A DNA stretch of 64,000 nt from Haliotis rufescens (lineage: Eukaryota). A program made the translations under genes and the position numbers. The notes under the pieces are model-generated. The model was not told the origin of the DNA, did no database searches, and saw nothing but the letters and a program-made list of their open reading frames with translations. Positions within the stretch are counted from its first letter, which is position 1. Each line of letters begins with the position of its first letter. The stretch covers positions 10,416,001 to 10,480,000 of the forward strand of contig NW_025963780.1 in the NCBI RefSeq assembly GCF_023055435.1, written 5' to 3'. Positions 13,701 to 28,700 of this stretch are shown one piece after another.

Positions 13701-16700
13701 GGAGACAAGCATGGATACTAGGCCTAGAAGTTACTATGGGGAGACAAGCATGGATACTAAGCCCAAGTCACTATGGGAAGACAAGCATGGATACTAGGCC
13801 CAGAAGTTACTATGGGGAGACAAGCATGGATACTAGGCCCAGAAGTTACTATGGGGAGACAAGCATGGATACTAGGCCCACAAGTTACTATGGGGAGACA
13901 AGCATGGATACTAGGCCCAGAAGTCACTATGGGGAGACAAGCATGGATACTAGGCCCAGAAGTTACTATGGGGAGACAAGCATGGATACTAGGCCCAGAA
14001 GTTACTATGGGGAGACAAGCATGGATACTAGGCCCAGAAGTTACTATGGGGAGACAAGCATGGATACTAGGCCCAGAAGTCACTATGGGGAGACAAGCAT
14101 GGATACTCGTCCCCAGAAGTCACTATGGGGAGACAAGCATGGATACTAGGCCCAGAAATTACTATGGGGAGACAAGCATGGATACTAAGCCGTAAGGCAC
14201 TTTCGGGAGACAAGCATGGATACTAGGCCCAGAAGTTACTATGAGGAGACAAGCATGGATACTAGGCCCAGAACTTACTATGGGGAGATAAGCATGGATA
14301 CTAGGCCCAGAAGTTACTATGGGGAGACAAGCATGGATACAAGGCCCAGAAGTTACTATGGGGAGACAAGCATGGATACTAGGCCCAGAAGTCACTATGG
14401 GGAGACAAGCATGGATACTAGGCCCAGAAGTCACTATGGGGAGACAAGCATGGATATGAGGCCCTAAGTCACTATGGGGAGACAAGCATGGATACTAGGC
14501 CCAGAAGTCACTTTGGGGAGACAAGCATGGATACTAGGCCCAGAAGTCACTATTGGGAGACAAGCATGGATACTAGGCCCAGAAGTCACTATGGGGAGAC
14601 AAGCATGGATACTAGGCCCAGAAGTCACTATGGGAAGACAAGCATGGATACTAGGCCCAGAAGTCACTATGGGGAGACAAGCATGGATACTAGGCCCAGA
14701 AGTCACTATGGGGAGACAAGCATGGGTACTAGGCCCAGAAGTTACTATGAGGAGACAGGCATGGATACTAGGCCCAGACGTCACTATGGGAAGACAAGCA
14801 TGGGTACTAGGCCCAGAAGTTACTACGAGGAGACTGGCATGGATACAAGGCCCAGAAGTCACTATGGGGAGACAAGCATGGATACTAGGCCCAGAAGTCA
14901 CTATGGGGAGACAAGCATGGATACTAGGCCCAGAAGTCACTATTGGGAGACAAGCATGGATACTAGGCCCAGAAGTCACTATGGGGAGACAAGCATGAAT
15001 ACTAGGCCCAGAAGTCACTATGGGAAGACAAGCATGGATACTAGGCCCAGAAGTCACTATGGGGAGACAAGCATGGGTACAAGGCCCAAAGTCACTATGG
15101 GGAGACAAGCATGGATACTAGGCCCAGAAGTCACTATGGGAAGACAAGCATGGATACTAGGCCCAAAGTCACTATGGGAAGACAAGCATGGATACTAAGC
15201 CCAGAAGTCACTATGGGAAGACAAGCATGGATACTAGGCCCAGAAGTCACTATGGGGAGACAAGCATGGGTACTAGGCCCAGAAGTTACTACGAGGAGAC
15301 TAGCATGGATACTAGGCCCAGAAGTCACTATGGGAAGACAAGCATGGATACTAGGCCCAGAAGTTACTATGGGAAGACAAGCATGGGTACTAGGCCCAGA
15401 AGTTACTACGAGGAGACAAGCATGGATACTAGGCCCAGAAGTCACTATGGGGAGACAAGCATGGATACTAGGCCCAGAAGTCACTATGGGGAGACAAGCA
15501 TGGATACTAGGCCCAGAAGTCACTATGGGGAGACAAGCATGGATACGAGGCCCTAAGTCACTATGGGGAGACAAGCATGGATACTAGGCCCAGAAGTCAC
15601 TATTGGGAGACAAGCATGGATACTAGGCCCAGAAGTCACTATGGGGAGACAAGCATGAATACTAGGCCCAGAAGTCACTATGGGAAGACAAGCATGGATA
15701 CTAGGCCCAGAAGTCACTATGGGGAGACAAGCATGAATACTAGGCCCAGAAGTCACTATGGGAAGACAAGCATGGATACAAGGCCCAGAAGTCACTATGG
15801 GGAGACAAGCATGGGTACTAGGCCCAGAAGTTACTACGAAGAGACTAGCATGGATATTAGGCCCAGAAGTCACTATGGGGAGACAAGCATGGATACTAGG
15901 CCCAGAAGTCACAATGGGGAGACAAGCATGGATACTAGGCCCAGAAGTCACTATGGGGAGACAAGCATGGATACAAGGCCCTAAGACACTATGGGGAGAC
16001 AAGCATGGATACTAGGCCCAGAAGTCACTATTTGGAGACAAGCATGGATACTAGGCCCAGAAGTCACTATGGGGAGACAAGCATGAATACTAGGCCCAGA
16101 AGTCACTATGGGAAGACAAGCATGGATACTAGGCCCAGAAGTCACTATGGGAAGACAAGCATGGATACTAGGCCCAGAAGTCACTATGGGGAGACAAGCA
16201 TGGGTACTAGGCCCAGAAGTTACTACGAGGAGACAAGCATGGATACTAGACCCAGAAGTCACTATGGGAAGACAAGCATGGATACTAGGCCCAGAAGTTA
16301 CTATGAGAAGACAAGCATGGGTACTAGGCCCAGAAGTTACTACGAGGAGACTAGCATGGATACTAGGCCCAGAAGTCACTATGGGAAGACAAGCATGGAT
16401 ACTAGGCCCAGAAGTTAGTATGGGAAGACAAGCATGGATACTAGGCCCAAAGTCACTATGGGGAGACAAGCATGGGGTACTGAGGAAATTTTCTTCACTT
16501 GAATGCCTAACAATCGTACCTTGAGGAGAGAGAAGAAGTGTGAGTCAGGGTCACCAGCCAGGTGGTAGTTCTGCAGCAGCAGCCAGTACCCGGATTGGAG
16601 GCAGTCTTCAATGGCATGCTTCACCTCTGTTATCTGGGACTCCACCCCGAAGTTCATCACCCTCAGCTTGCCATCCATCCCCACCTCCCGTGCCAGACGC

Positions 16701-19700
16701 TTGACTTCATGAGCTGGGCTGACGTACGGGTAACCTGTGTAGCATGGAACAGGCAGAGAGTAAAGGTTTGTAATATAATATAATATAATGAAGAACTGTG
16801 TTCTCCTATTCTGTTAAACAGGGCTGATGTTAAGACTTATACAGAAGTTGCATCAAAGCATGGTTGAAGAGGCCATTGTTGGCATCCTAGCCAAAAACAG
16901 AATACAAAACAGTACTACCCTGGGATGAGTTCATTCTACATTGCAGTCCCCTGACTCTGAACATGGAAGATTTACTTCAGGTTCTGGATGAGAAGTGTCA
17001 TACTGCTGTATGAGATGCATTCAAGAGTGCTATATAAACAACAAGCATACACTGTGACGTACGTACAGTACTCCAGGTTCTGCCATGCACAACATTGCAC
17101 TGGTAATCAGGCGAACTGGAACTACAACATGAACTGGACTCGTCCACCATCTAGGGTACTGGGTACTACCGGTATTCTCTGTTTTTGGCTAGGGTACATT
17201 ACTGTGTACTGGGGTACATTACTGTGTACTAGGGTACATTACAGTGTACTGGGGTACATTACTGTGTACTAGGGTACATGTCTGTGTACTGGGGTACATT
17301 ACTGTGTACTAGGGTACATTACAGTGTACTGGGGTACATTACTGTGTACTAGGGTACATGTCTGTGTACTGGGGTACATTACTGTGTACTAGGGTACATT
17401 ACTGTGTACTGGGGTACATTACTGTGTACTGGGGTACATGTCTGTGTACTGGGGTACATTACTGTGTACTAGGGTACATGTCTGTGTACTGGGGTACATT
17501 ACTGTGTACTGGGGTACATGTCTGTGTACTAGGGTACATAACAGTGTACTGGGGTACATTACTGTGTACTAGGGTACATTACTGTGTACTAGGGTACATG
17601 TCTGTGTACTGGGGTACATGTCTGTGTACTGGGGTACATTACTGTGTACTAGGGTACATGTCTGTGTACAAGGGTACATTACAGTGTACTGGGGTACATT
17701 ACTGTGTACTAAGGTACATTACTGTGTACTAGGGTACATGTCTGTGTGCTGGGGTACATGTCTGTGTACTGGGGTACATGTCTGTGTACTGGGGTACATG
17801 TCTGTGTACTGGGGTACATTACTGTGTACTGGGGTACATGTCTACGTACTGGGGTACATTACTGTGTACTGGGGTACATGTCTGTGTACTAGGGTACATG
17901 TCTGTGTACTAGGGTACATGTCTGCGTACTGGGGTACATTACCGGGTACTGGGGAACATGTCTGTGTAATGGGGTGCATGTCTGTGCACTGGGGTACATT
18001 ACTGTGTACTGGGGTACATTACTGTGTACTGGGGTACATGTCTGTGTACTAGGGTACATTACTGGGTACTGGGGTACATGTCTGTGTAATGGGGTACATG
18101 TCTGTGTACTGGGGTACATTACTGTGTACTGGGGTACATTACTGTGTACTGGGGTACATGTCTGTGTACTGGGGTACATGTCTGTGTACTGGGGCACATT
18201 ACTGTGTACTGGGGTACAATACTGTGTACTGGGGTACATGTCTGTGTACTAGGGTACATTACTGTGTACTGGGGTACATTACTGTGTACTGGGGTACATT
18301 ACTGGGTACTAGGGTACATTACTGGGTACTGGGGTACATGTCTGTGTAATGGGGTACATGTCTGTGTACTGGGGTACATTACTGTGTACTTGGTTACATG
18401 TCTGTGTACTGGGGTACATGTCTGTGTACTGGGGTACATGTCTGTGTACTGGGGTACATAACTGTGTACTGGGGTACATGTCTGTGTACTAGGGTACATG
18501 TCTGTGTACTGGGGTACATTACTGTGTACTGGGGTACATGTCTGTGTACTAGGGTACATGTCTGTGTACTAGGGTACATGTCTGCGTACTGGGGGTACAT
18601 TACTGTGTACTTGGGTACATTACTGTGTACTGGGGTACATGTCTGTGTACTAGGGTACATGTCTGTGTACTAGGGTACATGTCTGTGTACTAGGGTATAT
18701 TACAGTGTACTGGGGTACATTACTGTGTACTAAGGTACATTACTGTGTACTAGGGTACATGTCTGTGTGCTGGGGTACATGTCTGTGTACTAGGGTACAT
18801 GTCTGCGTACTGGGGTACATTACCGGGTACTGGGGAACATGTCTGTGTAATGGGGTGCATGTCTGTGCACTGGGGTACATTACTGTGTACTGGGGTACAT
18901 GTCTGTGTACTAGGGTACATGTCTGTGTACTGGGGTACATTACTGTGTACTGGGGTACATGTCTGTGTACTAGGGTACATGTCTGTGTACTAGGGTACAT
19001 GTCTGCGTACTGGGGGTACATTACTGTGTACTTGGGTACATTACTGTGTACTGGGGTACATGTCTGTGTACTAGGGTACATGTCTGTGTACTAGGGTACA
19101 TGTCTGTGTACTAGGGTACATTACAGTGTACTGGGGTACATGTCTGTGTACTGGGGTACATTACTGTGTACTGGGGTACATGTCTGTGTGCTGGGGTACA
19201 TGTCTGTGTACTGGGGTACATAACTGTGTACTGGGGTACATGTCTGTTTACTGGGGTACATGTCTGTGTACTAGGGTACATGTCTGTGTACTGGGGTACA
19301 TGTCTGTGTACTGGGGTACATGTCTGTGTACTGGGGTACATGTCTGTGTGCAGACAATGACCCCTCCTGCCAAAGCAGAAGCAGGTATCAGTGAGCATGT
19401 ACAATCCCCATCACTGATGAAGCTTGTACTCACCTCCTGTGCCCTCCCACTCGGGGATCTTGGGTGTTGTTGGCAGGAGGAAGACAGTGGGGGTGAACTG
19501 ATTGGTGAGGTTGTACACATCGCGGATGTTGTAGTGGTCAGCAGACCCCACCACGCTGCCCAGCTCGTACGTAACAACAGCTCGCGACAGCTCTGCTATC
19601 TGGGAGGGAACAACATACAGCTTGTCCATCAGGCAGAAAATACAATCCAAAGCTTGGAACATCACAAACTGTTACATGTAAGGCACAACAAAATGTTCTT

Positions 19701-22700
19701 CCTTTCTGCAGTCAAAGCATGGATAAAGAATATTTTCAGAAATAAAATAAACATTCTCGATGTTAAAATTACTCTTTAAGTAGATTATTATATATTGACA
19801 TATTTCACAACAAATGTGAGAAGGATTGAAATTTTATGCCAGTGTTTGTTCAAGAATGAACCCATGTGGGGAATTAAACCTGGTCTTTGGTGTGATGAGT
19901 AAATGCTTCATCCACTTGACTAACATACTACTCTGAAAATACAAGAGTGAGCGGTGAACAATCTAACCCTGTGGGGACAACAGAACTTCCACAGCAGACA
20001 CTTCTGGAAGAGGGAGAGCTCCTGTAGTGTGCGGCCCGGCACAGGGTTCACCAGGGAGATCGGCAGCTGCAAATCACAGAATGTGGTTGTATGCTTCAGA
20101 CTGCAATGTTCCAGCTACAGAGGTCTGTTTCTATTGTGCCTCAATAAGGTACATAGCAGTATGAGGACACACAATGTACCAGTCCCACATTGTAACCATA
20201 CAATCCCCATGCTGGTCTGGGGATCTATAACTGGAGGGGAAGATTAACACTAATGCTTAGTCAATAAATATATAAGCATGAAAATATACAACTTGGATAG
20301 TAACAAATAACACCATTTAAATTAAAAAGGAGCCTCATACCAGTGAAATGTGAGATTCAGATATAGACTTACTTCATTCAGGGCTTTTGTATAAACAGGA
20401 AGGGCTGGGCCAAAGGAAAAGTACTATGGTTGAGGGACTGTGAGATTGACTAGGGAAGGTTGAACATACATGTGTAAGTCAATTAAGAGCAACAGTTAGA
20501 TATAGCACTTAACTTCAACTCTTTTATTCAAAAGTAATTACACAAAATAAACAAATCAACACCATACTGTTCAATGTTAATATTATAAAGGCTTATCTTG
20601 AGCCAGACATATCTTTTGGGGATTGAAGATGAAGATGTTAGGGTTAGCAAATACAAAAACTGCAGTGATTTCTGGAACTCAGTTTCTTAAAGTCTACATA
20701 ATGTACATCTCTATGGGGTTTTGCTGAAATGGCACTCCCCAACAACAGAAGCAGTGGTACATACAGTGATGTGTTTTACACAAGGAAACTCTAAAGTGCA
20801 CAAAGTCCTCAAGCAGACAGAAGGGGCCTAGTTTAGGAAGACACTACATCAGCATCGATTGTAGCCATGGGATCCCATTTATTGTTACATCTATGTCAAG
20901 CATCAGTTAATGTCAGAAATATTCTCAGTGAACTTCATGCCGGTCACTCAGCTGTGTACTTACAGTGAAATACTCCTCCCACTGGCTGGGGTTGTCTAGG
21001 AGGGAGTGACACAGGCCGTGGAATGGGTGATGCAGAGATTCCAAGACATTGCAGTCTACCCAACTCTGAAATAGTCAGTCATAAAGTATGTCTATCACCA
21101 ATACTGAGACCACGGATGTCAAAACTTGGGGAATTAAGAGAGCAAAATGCAAAAGAAAATCACAACATTTTACAGAAAAATAAAAAAATCTTGCAAAACA
21201 TCAAGACAAAAGCAGTCTTGATGGCATTAGTGACAAACCTTATCAGCAATCCAAGATGGTTTCTGTGCAGCCAGACTGTGTTCATCCAAGCCAAACTTTT
21301 CAAATCCGTTGATGAAGAGACTGATCTCCTTGCTCGAGGCTTTCCTTGCCCGCAGCATCCTCTCCAGAGACACCAGCAGGCACAGCAGGTTGTAGTGCTG
21401 CTCAAACATCATCATGGATGCGTGGTGAAATATCTCAGACATCGTCGCATTTGACAGCTCCAGTGCTCGAACTCTCGGATCACCTGAAACAGAAGAGATT
21501 TATGGGTTCACAGAGGGACCTTAGCCCTATGAGTTTTGTAAATTCCACATCTTAACATAGTTTCATGGCATTTGTAGCACAACAGTAGAGTCCTGGGTCT
21601 CAGTACATGAACACATTTGAAAGGTGGACTGGACTACTGTTGGACTCACAGTACAGAGTTTAATTTGATTTTCCTCGAAGAGAAAATGTAAAACATCCAC
21701 ATTTCACATAGGGTTTCCATCAGGAGGTGACGACCTATTTGTCATAGAGACAGTGAGTCTTTGATCTTTTCCACTGTCCTTGTTTCAATATTTTCAGAAC
21801 CTGCATGCATTAGCAGGCATAACCATCACACATCTCCCTCACATACGGACTCCCTGCAGCCTGGAGAGGGAAGACGTATGTCCATACCGTGACTGCCCTT
21901 CCCGCGGTCCCGGCTCCTGATCATCGAGGAGAAGATGTCCACGAACTTGTAGAAGGGGATGTAGTAGCAGGAGTGGAGGACGCTCATCTTCTGCAGGGTG
22001 TTGTAGATCATCGTCGACTGACGCATCATCGGGATGTACTCGGCAAACTTGCCCTCCAGGTGGTCTCCCATGTAGCGGGTTTCCTCCAGGATGATCCTGT
22101 TCTTCTCCACGTTACTCTGGCAGGCCAGGAGGGAATCCAGCATAGTCTTGTCTTCCAGCAGGGGGCCATCTAGGTTCAATGTCTTCTCTCGTATAGCTTC
22201 CTGTCAGGATGAGAGTGTAAACCATTGATTAGTGGAAACAACAGGAATGTGGGGATGTTAATAAATATCTTGTCAGCCATCTTGAACCAATTTCAAGGGG
22301 GACAACTACACCTAATTTGTTTTAATTTGGCAACACCGAGTCACCTTATGTCAAATTCTTTGTCATATATATTATTAAGTCAACAAAATTAGGATAATTT
22401 GGTGGGTACTTCTAAAGAAAATGATCCCTGTGAAACTCACATGTTCCTTGGCCAGCTGCTGTCTGTGCAGAATGATGTCATTTTCATTGGAGCGCTTCTG
22501 GCCTTCATACTCCTTGCGTTCTATCTTCATGGTCTCAAACAAGAGACGATTGATAATGGCTTCATCACTGACGGCCATGTTGATGCAGCACAGACGATGG
22601 ACTGGGAAGCTGTGCAGGCCATCCCCTTCAACACAAGGAAATGTTTACAACATGGATTTCAAACAAGAAATGGCTTTGCTTTACTTAGCTTACCACAGAA

Positions 22701-25700
22701 ACACTTGTCACATGGACCAATTTTTGTGAAACAAATGTCATGCCTGGAATTAGTATTTAGGGAATAAACTATCACCTAGGAGAAACTACAGAATATCTGT
22801 CCCCAGGGAATTAATGTTGTAAGTCTTTTAGCCCTGGTGAATTGTTTTTAAGGTTCAGGCACTTGGGACAGATATTTCGTAATTCATAGGTTGCAAGTGG
22901 AGACACAGACTGTTGTTCGAAAAGGTTCACATAAAACTGTTTATAACATCATAAACAATGGATGATGTCATCTTTAATTATTTTCAACATTCTGTTCACG
23001 TGGTGTCACATTGCTATGGGCCTCTTCACAAACAATGGAACAATGACCAGTGAACACAACGGAACGACAAGTGAACACAATGGAACAATGGCCAGCAAAC
23101 ACAATGGAACAATGGCCAGTGAACACAATGGAACAACCAGTGAACACAATGGAACAATGGCCAGCAAACACAATGGAACAATGGCCAGTAAACACAATGG
23201 AACAATTGGAACAAAGCTTAGTAGAGTGTGTCCATTGAGATTTACTTAAACAATTTCACCAATATCATTGATAGATTAAAATTGATTGATTATTGAGTAA
23301 AATTCTGATATTAGCATTCTATTTTACCCAATCATTCATTCTCAGAAGGAAAGCCAAAAGGGATACAAGTCTGACCTTCGGAGAGGTTTATAGTGTTGAC
23401 AAACCAAGATTTATTATCAGGGTGAAATCTGGGTTTCTTAGGACTCTTGGATGACATTGGGATGCAGCTCAGCACAAACAAATTGTTGCACATCCGACAA
23501 CCAGGTCACTTGTGCCCCCTAGGGTTCAATGAAATGAGCCTACCTTTCAGGAAAAGAGGAACAGTTGTACTGAGATACAGACAGAAGTTTGGATGGTAGT
23601 TGAAGATCATGTCGCCCACACGGACCACCTTGTTGCCATCCTTGTCCACATAGAAGTGTTTGAGCAGCAGTCCACGGAACAGAGGGTCAAGTGGCTTCCT
23701 CTCCAGGTGGGTCACCAGCACAGTCACGCCTGTCAAACAGATAGCATGGTGTCATGCAACACAATCTCACTGAGGGAGAAGAAGGAAATTAAAGGTTGAC
23801 ATTAAAGGTAAACTTGGAAGCAGGGCTGGCAGGGATAAGAAACAGCGACTGCTAAGCCATATACCATGGTCGTATTCCCTGACATCTGATATTCACAATG
23901 CCTCATCAACAATATTCCCATCTCAGATGTTTAAATTGCCTTAGTGGACCTCAAGGGAACACCTTGAAATTACTTGTAACAGGGCTGTTTGGGGGGCCAT
24001 AGTAGATCATTTTTCTAGATCAGATGACATCATTATTCCTGTCTATAGGTCACAGTACAGCAGCCTGCCCTAGGTCCTCTACTCACCATGCACAATAGCA
24101 TTGATGAGTCGACTGTTGAGGTGAGGGTCATCCGCTTCGATGATCCACAGATTGTGTTCAGGATGGTCGATGGAGTTGTCGGCCTGTAGACTGAATGTCT
24201 CCCAGCTGTTGGTGACCGAGGTGACCGGGCGGAGTTCCTCGCTGTCGCCCGTCCCGTGTGACTGCCATCCCGCACTGCCAACAACACAACAGGCATCCTC
24301 ACAGTCAATCAGTAATATCAGTCCTACCCTTCACAGATAACAATAGACTGATCCACACATGTAAGCCAATCAGAGCAATGTTTCTCATGTGCGACCTTGA
24401 CTGGGGGATCTAGATTATGTACAAAATGTATCTGTGTGTGACGACTATGTTGATCCAAATCTCACCAAATAATACCAAATGAAAATACCTGTTCTGAGTC
24501 CTTGCTGTGTAGACAGTGGACGTGTCAGGTAGTGTGAACTCTGTGACATCAGAGAAGGTCAAGGCTGTCCCTCGACTCGGTGGTGGCTCCATCTGTCCGC
24601 TGGAGTCCTCTGAAGTGTCTGCAGCTGACTCAAATGCTGCTTCTATGGGCATACCTGTCACAGACAAATACACACCTAATGGATGCTGGAATCAGATAAA
24701 CACAATCACACTTCCCATCAGGCTGTACCATGGTACAAATCAGGTTTTAAAAGAAGCACAGCAGTTTATTCTGAAATTGTTCATTGAACCAAACAGATAG
24801 TGTAGCAATATTTCCATCAGGTTAAAACATCCCCTACATACCCCCATGGAAGTATGTGAAAATAATACCTCTGGTATTGAAATACACACAGATTCAGAAG
24901 TATTCATAAATTGATGCCATCTTGTTAAAAATCCTGGATCTGCCCCTGTATTTGTATTAATAAACATCTGTGTCCTATCTGGCTTTGAATGGCTTGTCAG
25001 TCATGGTTATATTCCTAAGTCATTTAATAGGGCTGTATCAAAGGCAACTGACCATCCATGTAGTTGTCTCCCTCGACCGAGTCCGCCTCCCCGAACAACA
25101 TCCTGGTCCTCTGCAGCACCTTGACCCACATCTCGGCCTGGTTGTCGGGATCCACCAGCAGTGGCCAGCAGTGCTTGCGCTTGTAGCAACTGACCCTCAT
25201 GAGGAGGGCGTTCTGCACGCTGTGCAGGTCTGTTGGCAGGTTTGTCATTCGCCACCCACTCAACTCATCAAAGTCACTGAGGATGTCTTGCAGCGTGTAG
25301 CTGGACCTGGTCAACAGGGGGCTCTGTTCCTCCTCATCATCAGAATCATCAAACTCAATGTTAGGAACCACAGACTCCATAGTGTCCTGTTTCTTGAGTT
25401 CTGACTTGTAGTACTTGCTACTGTCATACACGGCTGGCATGTATTTGAACGTCCGCACCTGTGGTGTTGTAGTGAAGGTGGCAGTGATGTCACTGCTGAT
25501 GCTGTCTGAGTCTGAGAAGTCGCTGAGACTGCTGACATGGCGGATGTTGTGACTTGACTGGAGAAGGAACTCCAGACGTGCTGTGACAGAGTATGGATCG
25601 CGATCATGGAAGGATGTGGCATCAAACGTTCCCTGACGACACCGACTCAGCCAGTCCTCCATCAGCTCAGAGCGGTACTTGTCATCTAGGGGGCCATGGT

Positions 25701-28700
25701 AGCACACACAGGCAGCAGTAATCAGGGCATCCCCTGGAGCAGAGCGCACATGTCGCTTTGCCTTCTTCAGCTCAGATCGCCACAGGAAGTGCTGCATAGA
25801 CATGTTCTCCATCAGGTTGCTGGCTCGGGCTATCTTCTTCTCTATACCCTGGGGAGGAAACAGTCGGCATTGATAAGTCTGTCCTGTCACTGGTACTTTG
25901 AAAAACATCATTATAAACAGTCATTAATCAAAGTAATGTGCAATGAACATTAAATGTTTTTTCTGCCTATTATTACTGAACATGTAGACATTGCTTATGT
26001 CAAATTGTTTGCACATTGAAAGTCCTCAACAACAGATGTCTAAATGGAGCTGAAGTTGTTAGTGCCACGTCCAAGCTCACCATGATGTGTTTCTCGATGG
26101 TCTTGGCCTTCTTGAGGGCAGCTCTGTGCAGCGTGATCTTCCTCTCCAGGCCTGACTTGATTCTGTTGGCCTCCACACGCAGATGGCCCAGTCGAGCTTG
26201 GGCCTGAAACAGTTCATACCATGAACAGCTACTCTCAACTCATGGACTGTATCTCAATGATAGGCTACTGAAACTTCTGCTCCAGGACAGAATATGTTTC
26301 AGCAACATTTAAACAGGCATTCTCGTATGTGCTCTAATGACATTTGTGGATTCTAGGACAGAATGTGTCCACTTCAACATTCACTCGGGCATACTTCTTT
26401 ATTTTAATCTGGTAACAATTTTAAATCCAGATAGATGGTATGGATCACTGTGAATTTTCAATTGGCAATGAACATGTAATTGATTGGAAAGGTGTTGATA
26501 AAAACATTTTGCCTTCCAATACATATTGGAGGTATCTGCCAGAATGTTCGTTTGTTTAGGCCTTGAACATGCAAAACATTTATCAATATTGACCGCCACA
26601 CTAACCTTTGTAAAGCGCTCTTCAGCAACATGGAGGTTATGGAGATGAGGTTGCATGCTGCGATGAATGGCCGAGTAACGATACACAGCATGTACCCACA
26701 AGCAAATGGATTCACCAGCTTTGCTCACTTTTGTCACATTTACTGGCACAAACAAGGGGTGCTCGATGAAGAAGCGCAGATCTTTGAAAATGTCATCTGG
26801 GACATGGTCCTTGTCATAAAAGATGAGCTCCTGCAGGAAGTTGTCTCGGATCAGCAGCAGCTTGCCCTCCTCCCAGCTGCAACAGGCAGGTCTATGTTTC
26901 ACAATACGGTAGTACTAGCCAGTGAGAAGTAGGGTTTAACAATAACCCAGCCATTCCCTGCTGGGGAAGAGCAAGAATATCCCATGTCTTTAAGAATACC
27001 CAGTCTTTAATGACCCAACACTTTAACCACTAGGCTATCCATCCCACTGACATAAAAAGGATACTTAGGGCAACCGAGTTTCCTTTTTGTTTTCCAAATG
27101 TTCCTTGGCAATATACCAAATTAAAAAATGTTGTCAGGGTAAGGCTAATTTAAAAAACAACAACTCTTTACTAAAATTTCTGCTCAATTCTGGTTGGATC
27201 CAAGACATGACATTGGTCTGAACTAAGAAGACGTTGTGTTTGACACAATTCTAGGAGCAACAAGCTGATTTACCTGCCATCATATCATAGCAGACATTTG
27301 TCATTTACTTTGTCTACACGTTCTGGTCAGTGATTACTAAAATGCACATGTGAAGACAACAAGAACACAATATGTCTCCTATGTCTGTATCAACGCTAAC
27401 AAGGCTAGCTACCAAAGCTACTCGACCCGTGAAGATTCCGGGGTAGAATAGGTCTTCAGCAACCCATGCTTACCGTAAAAGACAACTATGCTTGTCGTAA
27501 TAGGTGACTAACGGGATCGGGTGGTCAGGCTTGCTGACTCTGTTGATGCATGTCATTGATCCCAATTGCGTGGATCGATGCTCATGATATTAATCACTGG
27601 ATTGTCTGGTCCAGACTCGATTATTTACAGACTGCCGTCATACAGCTGGAATATTGCTGAGTGTGGTGTTAAACAACAAACCAACCAACCAAAGCTACTC
27701 ACTCGTGTTTTTTCCTAAAGAGCAGGCAGAGTGCGTTGATGACAAACTTGATGACATCAGGTGGTTCCCGATAACTCTTGAGTTCATCAATGTCATTCTT
27801 GCTGAGGGCACACAGAGCAGCCTGGGCCGCCTGGTAGCTGGGGTTCACCTGTAGCATACACACACATATACAACACTAAACGACCTCCCATGTAATACCA
27901 ATTAAAGAAACAAATGAATAATTCGGGTATCTGACGAGCAAGATTCACGAGGTTCATAAAATTGGTATAGAAGAGTAGTGAGTTTAGTATTTTATTTATT
28001 ACTTGCCGTTAATAACTTGTTTCAGAATTTCACTGACATATGTGAATAGGCAGACTACAATGCAATCCATAGCATAATACAATTGAGTAATATTTCAAAC
28101 CCATCAAAAGTTGACACTTTTAATATTTTAGTATTAATACAATACCATACAAGGGCCCAGCTTCAGAATACAGGGATCCGTTCCACAAAGCTATTGTAGT
28201 ACTACGGTTATTCATAATTCCTATATATACATAGATGTACGAGTGTCGATGCGCTACGATCGCCTTGTGAAACGGGACCCAACACCACAAAGTTTACAAT
28301 CATGTCACAATACCCTTTGACATATTTTGCGGAATTTTGTTACAAGATCCATCAGTGAAACAATGCCATGTGACGTCAGCCGTCAGCAACAGGGTTGTTG
28401 GGGGTCATCGAGTGTGCATAAGCTCCTCTCAGTGATCTATCATGTCTATAAGCAATGTCTTGAATTAGCCCAGCGATGTTGAGAGTTTTAAATATCTGTT
28501 AATGAAACTTGTTCCCGCAGTACATAAGCACATGCTTTGGTATTATACGATGTGAATTACAGCTGTATGTTTATTAAACAAGTGATCTCTTCATTTCAAC
28601 ACATGCATGTGTAAAAGTCAGGCTACAATGTGTTCAGGAAGCATTTTGTTAATACTTGAACATGAGCAAGTCTTTGACACAGGGATAAGGAAATGCTCAC

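Noticed and set aside
12349-16524. Many ORFs (MDTRPRSHYGETS / MGRQAWILGPEVT repeats)
   Set aside because: Products of a 39-bp unit with frequent frame-breaking indels; intronic.
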